Part shown: in pieces, positions 60,551 through 64,000 of the stretch
How the letters are laid out: every line of letters begins with the position of its first letter
Position numbering within the stretch: position 1 is the stretch's first letter
From: Verrucomicrobiota bacterium
Lineage (GTDB): Bacteria; Verrucomicrobiota; Verrucomicrobiia; Limisphaerales; JAFGQR01
Assembly (NCBI GenBank): GCA_016935555.1
Contig: JAFGQR010000011.1
Span: 21,011 to 85,010, forward strand
Direction of reading: 5' to 3'
Length of the DNA: 64,000 nucleotides
The notes under the pieces: generated by a model
What the model was told of the DNA's origin: nothing
Databases searched by the model: none
What the model saw: the letters and a program-made list of their open reading frames with translations, nothing else
Made by a program: the position numbers and the translations under genes

Positions 60551-61015
60551 ATGAAAACCACCGTCGCTGATGTCATTTTGAAGTTCCTGGAAGCCGAGGG
60601 TGTGGAGTACTTGTTCGGGATTCCGGGCACAACCATAGTGCCGTTGCTGGACGCCACGAACCGCAATAAAGCCGTCCGGCCCATCCTGACCAAGCATGAG
60701 GAAGGCGCGGCTTTCATGGCGGACGGCTACGCGCGGGTCAAATGTGGGATCGGGGCTTGTTTCGCGACCTCCGGTCCCGGCGCCACCAATCTGGTGAGCG
60801 GCGTGGCCAATGCTTACATGGACAATGTGCCGATTCTCGTCATGACCGGCCAAGTCGAGACATCCCTCTATGGCAAGGGCGCGTTCCAGGATTCGTCCAA
60901 AGCCGGCGTTGATGCGGTCAAAATGTTTGATCGTCAGACTATTGATCGAATACTCAAAGGAGACTTGACCAGACATCGGACTTCAATCCATATGCGCATC
61001 CACAAGACACCGTGA
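60551..61015 (+). pseudogene. Truncated thiamine-diphosphate enzyme (acetolactate-synthase-like), N-terminal TPP_enzyme_N domain only
   Basis: The sequence VADVILKFLEAEGVEYLFGIPGTTIVPLLDA...HEEGAAFMADGYARV...ATSGPGATNLVSGVANAYMDNVPILVMTGQV is the N-terminal Pyr domain. Similarity stops near 60930, where GC drops, and a stop codon follows at 61013-61015. Confidence 0.6.
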
Positions 61016-61130
61016 AATGGGAAGCTAGGCCACCATCATGGCGTGTGGAAGAATGGCACAACCAGTCGTGGGAGCTAACTGCGTTTCGCTCCGCTCCACA
61101 GAGTCGCTCCACTGGAGGTTCGATGACAAA

Positions 61131-61448
61131 ATGGTGAAAAGAATCCTGACGCAATATTTCAGTACTTGGTGGTTACCTGCATTTGTGTACACCTGCTTTT
61201 TTAGCGGCTACACGATCACAGCGATTCTGCGATGGAAGCCGCTAGGCTTTGTTGCCAATGTGCTGTTCTGCATGGCAGTGGCAGGGTTTTTGGGACTGAT
61301 TGCCGCATGCACATGGAACCTGACGAAGAAAGGATCGGGTAAAGGTATCATCAATCTCTTTCTCATCCTGGGCTGTGGTGCGGCCACGTTCTTCACCTTT
61401 GGCCTTCTGATGTTTGCCTGCACGGGTTCCGGTTCGCGCCCTTTTTGA
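61131..61448 (+). CDS. Hypothetical small membrane protein
   Basis: Starting at MVKRILTQYFSTWW, it has 3 predicted hydrophobic helices. It sits in low-GC context with no recognisable family. Confidence 0.35.
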   Translation: MVKRILTQYFSTWWLPAFVYTCFFSGYTITAILRWKPLGFVANVLFCMAVAGFLGLIAACTWNLTKKGSGKGIINLFLILGCGAATFFTFGLLMFACTGSGSRPF

Positions 61449-61572
61449 CAATCTCGAAGATGGCGCGACTGTGGGCGAGTTTCTGGAGTGGTTCCCAGGC
61501 GTCACTCGGGCTCAGGTGGAGGCCGTGCTCGAACACGCCTCGGCGAGCCTTGCCACCGAAGCGCTTGGATGA
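61414..61572 (+). pseudogene. 5'-truncated DUF433-like antitoxin fragment
   Basis: My translation gives ...ARVPVRALFDNLEDGATVGEFLEWFPGVTRAQVEAVLEHASASL. It resembles the C-terminal two-thirds of DUF433 proteins. The frame opens only at 61411 and overlaps the preceding membrane ORF. Confidence 0.4.
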
Positions 61573-61886
61573 AGATCTTTTTTGACCAAGGCACGCCCCT
61601 CCCGTTGCGGCGGCATCTCCATCCCCATGAGGTGGATAGTGCTGCAGAGCGTGGCTGGTCAACACTGCAAAATGGGGAGCTGCTGGACCAGGCCGAGGGT
61701 GCCGGATATGAGGCGTTTATCACGCCCGACCAGCATCTCCGACACCAACAGCATCTGGTGGGACGGCGGATTCGAGTGATGGTGTTGATGACGACTTCAT
61801 GGCCTCGAATGCAGCGGAGGGTGGGAGAGATGCGCACCATGCTCGAGAGGCTCGCGGAGGGAGGTTATGTGGAAGGCACCTTTTAG
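61569..61886 (+). CDS. PIN-like (DUF5615-type) putative toxin
   Basis: MKIFFDQGTPLPLRRHL...LQNGELLDQAEGAGYEAFITPDQHL resembles DUF5615/Mut7-C-like partners of DUF433. It shares an ATGA overlap with the upstream fragment. The family was recalled from memory. Confidence 0.45.
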   Translation: MKIFFDQGTPLPLRRHLHPHEVDSAAERGWSTLQNGELLDQAEGAGYEAFITPDQHLRHQQHLVGRRIRVMVLMTTSWPRMQRRVGEMRTMLERLAEGGYVEGTF

Positions 61887-62611
61887 AGGCTGATCTGCTT
61901 CGCTGGGCCCAATGTTGAAGAGTTCGATCGTGCTTCGGGTGTATACGGGACGTTGTTCGCGCGATTCTCGCGATTGGTCAGCTTGCCACCGAACTGCGCT
62001 CACCAGCGGGGCGGATTATCAGGACTCCTCCGAGCTGTCGCGGGTGACGGGGTGAAAGTTGCGCGCACAAATTGGGGTCACGTCTGGACAATAGATTCTG
62101 ATGAAATGCCTTAGGTTTTTCATCAGAATCAACATTCAACATTCTGGTCGTATGCTGCGCTGGCGTCGGCTCTGCTGCTGGTGGGCGGTCTGGGATTGGG
62201 CGGGGTGCTGTGGCAGCGGCGGCAGTCCGTGCGCAAGGAGCAGCGGGCATTGGCCATGGTCCAGCAGATGCGGATGCAGCAAGCCGAGGCGCGATACCAG
62301 ATTGAGCCTTCGGATCCGCTGGACCCGGAGACGTTCTACGAACAGCGCCGTGCGCTAACGCTTCTGCACAGCGTGTTGGACCGGCTGCAGGCGGAATTCG
62401 CCGCCGCGGGTCGCCGCTAATGCGCCGCGACAGCGGACAGTGCTCGACGGCACGCGCCTGCCTCTTCCATCCTCCGAGCCTCCACAGGTGCCACCGGAGT
62501 TGCTGTTCAGTGACGACTCGGGGGCGCGCCTCGTGTCGGCCCGCCTGTGCAAAAACTCTGTACCAACAGTTCTTTGGCGAATTGGGTATTTATATAAGTT
62601 CTTGTGGGAGC

Positions 62612-62688
62612 TGGTCGGGGCGGTGCGATTCGAACGCACGACCTTCTGAACCCCATTCAGACGCGCTACCAGGCTACGCTACGCCCCG
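62612..62688 (-). tRNA. tRNA-Pro (anticodon GGG), CCA encoded
   Basis: The manual cloverleaf has an acceptor stem CGGGGCG/CGCCCCG, a D-arm GCGT/GCGC with AGCCTGGTA and an anticodon stem TCTGA/TCAGA. The anticodon loop is A-U-GGG-G-U. The T-arm is GTGCG-TTCGAAT-CGCAC, followed by discriminator A and CCA. Total length is 77 nt. Confidence 0.9.
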
Positions 62689-62749
62689 ACCGAAAACGCC
62701 CGGTGAAACGCCGGGCACGACCCCACCGTATCGCGCCGGCGGGGGAAGT

Positions 62750-64000
62750 TCAACCCTTTTCGTTGAGGACCTTGACGAAAACCGCGGTGAGGTCGTCCTC
62801 CTGGGGGCAATCCCCGGCAAACTCGCGCACGGCCTGATAGAGCAGCTTGACGAGGGTTTGGGCGGGCTCGTGGCGTTTGGCGCGGACGAGGTCGAGCATG
62901 CGTTCGGTGCCGAACAACTCGTCGCGGGCATTGACGCTTTCCTCGATGCCGTCGGTGGACAGCAGGAGGATATCGCCCGGTTTGAGGGGCAGTTCGGGGG
63001 AGGAGCGGTAGGTGGTGTCGGGGTGGAGTCCGAGCGGCATGCCGCTGGGGGCCAGCCGGTGCTTGACGTGACCGTCGCTGCCGATGAGGTGGGCTGGCGG
63101 GTGGCCGGCGCTGGCGTAAATCAGGGTGCGGTTTTTGGGGTCGAGAGCGGCCCAGAAGAGGGTGATGTAGCGTTCGCGGCCGACGTCTTCGGCGAGGACG
63201 GCGTTGGCCACGCTGAGGATTTCGCCGGGATCATCGCGGCGTTTGCTCACCAGCCGCAGGTAAGCCCGCGTCTCCGCCATCAGCATCGCCGGTCCCACCC
63301 CGTGGCCGGTCACGTCGCCGACGACGATGCCGAGGCGTCCGCGGAGCATGGGCAGGTAATCGAAGTAATCGCCCCCGGTGGCTTCGGTGGGGTAGGAGGT
63401 GCCGCTGATGTCGAAGCCTTTGAGTGCGGGAGCGCTTTTGGGAAAGAGATGCTGCTGGATTTCGCGGGCGACACGGAACTGTTCCTGGTGGTCGCGCAGT
63501 TCCCGTTCGGCGCGTTTGCGTTCGGTGATGTCGCGGACGAACCCGACGAAGCGGCGTTCGCCATCGAGGATCATGTCGCTGTAGCTGACCTCGATGGGGA
63601 TTTGGGCGCCGTCCTTGCGCAAGCCGACGGTTTCGGTGGCGCGCCAGTTCATGCGTTTGATGCCGGTTTGGAGGTAGCGGGTGATGCCGGTGCGGTGGCT
63701 GCCGCGCAGCCGTTCGGGCTGGAGCATGGTCAGGTCGCTGCCAATGAGTTCCTCCGGCGCGTAGCCGAACACGTCGCGCACCGCCGGGTTCACGAACAGG
63801 ATCCGGCCCTCCGGGTTCATGAGGATGACGGCGTCCGGGCAGGTTTCCCACAGCAGGCGGTAGCGCTGTTCGCTTTCGCGCAGGGCTTTCTTGGCGTCGC
63901 GCTGGCTGGCGCGGATGGAGGCTTCGCGCAGTTCGCGTTCCACGGCGGGGACCAGCCGGTTCAAGTTGCCTTTCATCAGGTAATCGTGGGCGCCGGCCTT
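62750..64000 (-). CDS. REC-PAS-PP2C (SpoIIE-type) phosphatase response regulator (N-terminus beyond right edge)
   Basis: It has a PAS domain (YRLLWETCPDAVILMNPEGRILFVNPAV...VRDITERKRAE) and a PP2C domain (REIQQHLFP...GGDYFDY...VGDVTGHGVGPAMLM...STDGIEES...DDLTAVFVKV). The reverse complement of 63961-64000 reads KAGAHDYLMKGNLN, which is the end of a receiver domain. Confidence 0.85.
   Translation of the reverse strand, partial: KAGAHDYLMKGNLNRLVPAVERELREASIRASQRDAKKALRESEQRYRLLWETCPDAVILMNPEGRILFVNPAVRDVFGYAPEELIGSDLTMLQPERLRGSHRTGITRYLQTGIKRMNWRATETVGLRKDGAQIPIEVSYSDMILDGERRFVGFVRDITERKRAERELRDHQEQFRVAREIQQHLFPKSAPALKGFDISGTSYPTEATGGDYFDYLPMLRGRLGIVVGDVTGHGVGPAMLMAETRAYLRLVSKRRDDPGEILSVANAVLAEDVGRERYITLFWAALDPKNRTLIYASAGHPPAHLIGSDGHVKHRLAPSGMPLGLHPDTTYRSSPELPLKPGDILLLSTDGIEESVNARDELFGTERMLDLVRAKRHEPAQTLVKLLYQAVREFAGDCPQEDDLTAVFVKVLNEKG

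Noticed and set aside
61066-61076. The 9-mer gtgggagct is also found immediately outside the tRNA-Pro 3' end (62604-62612). It could be an att core.
   Set aside because: A 9-nt match is expected by chance about once in a 64-kb window counted on both strands. It also lies almost entirely outside the tRNA body.
62115-62420. This ORF has a TM segment followed by an ECF-sigma-like stretch (DPETFYEQRRALTLLHSVLDRLQAEFAAAG). It could be a real sigma or anti-sigma gene for the partner-switching network.
   Set aside because: It is far too short and lacks sigma regions 2 and 4. It looks chimeric and sits in the decayed low-GC patch. I treat it as a fragment, not as the network's missing sigma factor.
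62440-62837. Two small plus-strand ORFs (62440..62649 and 62604..62837) overlap the tRNA region.
   Set aside because: They overlap a well-folded tRNA-Pro on the opposite strand and have no coding signatures.

Overview
This is a high-GC bacterial chromosomal window. Spot counts of 60-nt lines give about 63-67 % GC over most of it. The protein repertoire suggests a PVC-group organism (Verrucomicrobiota/Planctomycetota-like), but that is inference only. It includes TAT-signal Gfo/Idh/MocA oxidoreductase, a Cys-type sulfatase, a BspA-type LRR protein ending in YYRLR, a prepilin-type N-terminal fragment and many lipoproteins. All family names come from reading the translations and from memory; no searches were run.

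Gene order, left to right:
- pdxA (partial) and a SurA-like chaperone.
- The conserved rpmH-rnpA-yidD-yidC-jag cluster.
- A lipoprotein and a PaaK-like adenylating ligase.
- A TPP riboswitch followed by thiC.
- A transposase remnant.
- A prenyltransferase-like repeat protein and a 1022-aa coiled-coil protein with a (GQ)n tract.
- A TAT oxidoreductase, a GlsB/YeaQ membrane protein, a BspA-LRR protein, a sulfatase and a TAT hydrolase-like protein.
- An RND efflux operon (RND-MFP-OMF).
- A metal-uptake cluster: small Cys-rich lipoprotein, outer-membrane barrel and Znu-like ABC system, then a further lipoprotein and a signal-peptide O-methyltransferase.
- A beta-PGM/trehalose-6-P-phosphatase fusion next to a GH65 phosphorylase.
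- A 1611-aa hybrid histidine kinase followed by a partner-switching module (REC-PP2C, RsbW-like kinase, STAS).
- A PQQ-like beta-propeller, a lipoprotein, a DUF362-like TAT protein and a DASS transporter.
- From about 51 kb, a somewhat lower-GC accessory stretch. It holds a Cys-less LOV-like PAS protein, a hydrolase fragment and a TAT isomerase-like protein. It also holds an ABC importer operon whose substrate-binding protein is a triple tandem repeat and which encodes a STAS-fusion protein, plus a divergent single-domain STAS gene.
- A decayed AT-richer patch (truncated TPP-enzyme gene, membrane ORF, DUF433/PIN-like TA remnant) abutting tRNA-Pro(GGG).
- A partial REC-PAS-PP2C gene at the right edge.

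The most interesting candidate is the apparent wiring of STAS/partner-switching components into an ABC importer, with no sigma factor in sight.
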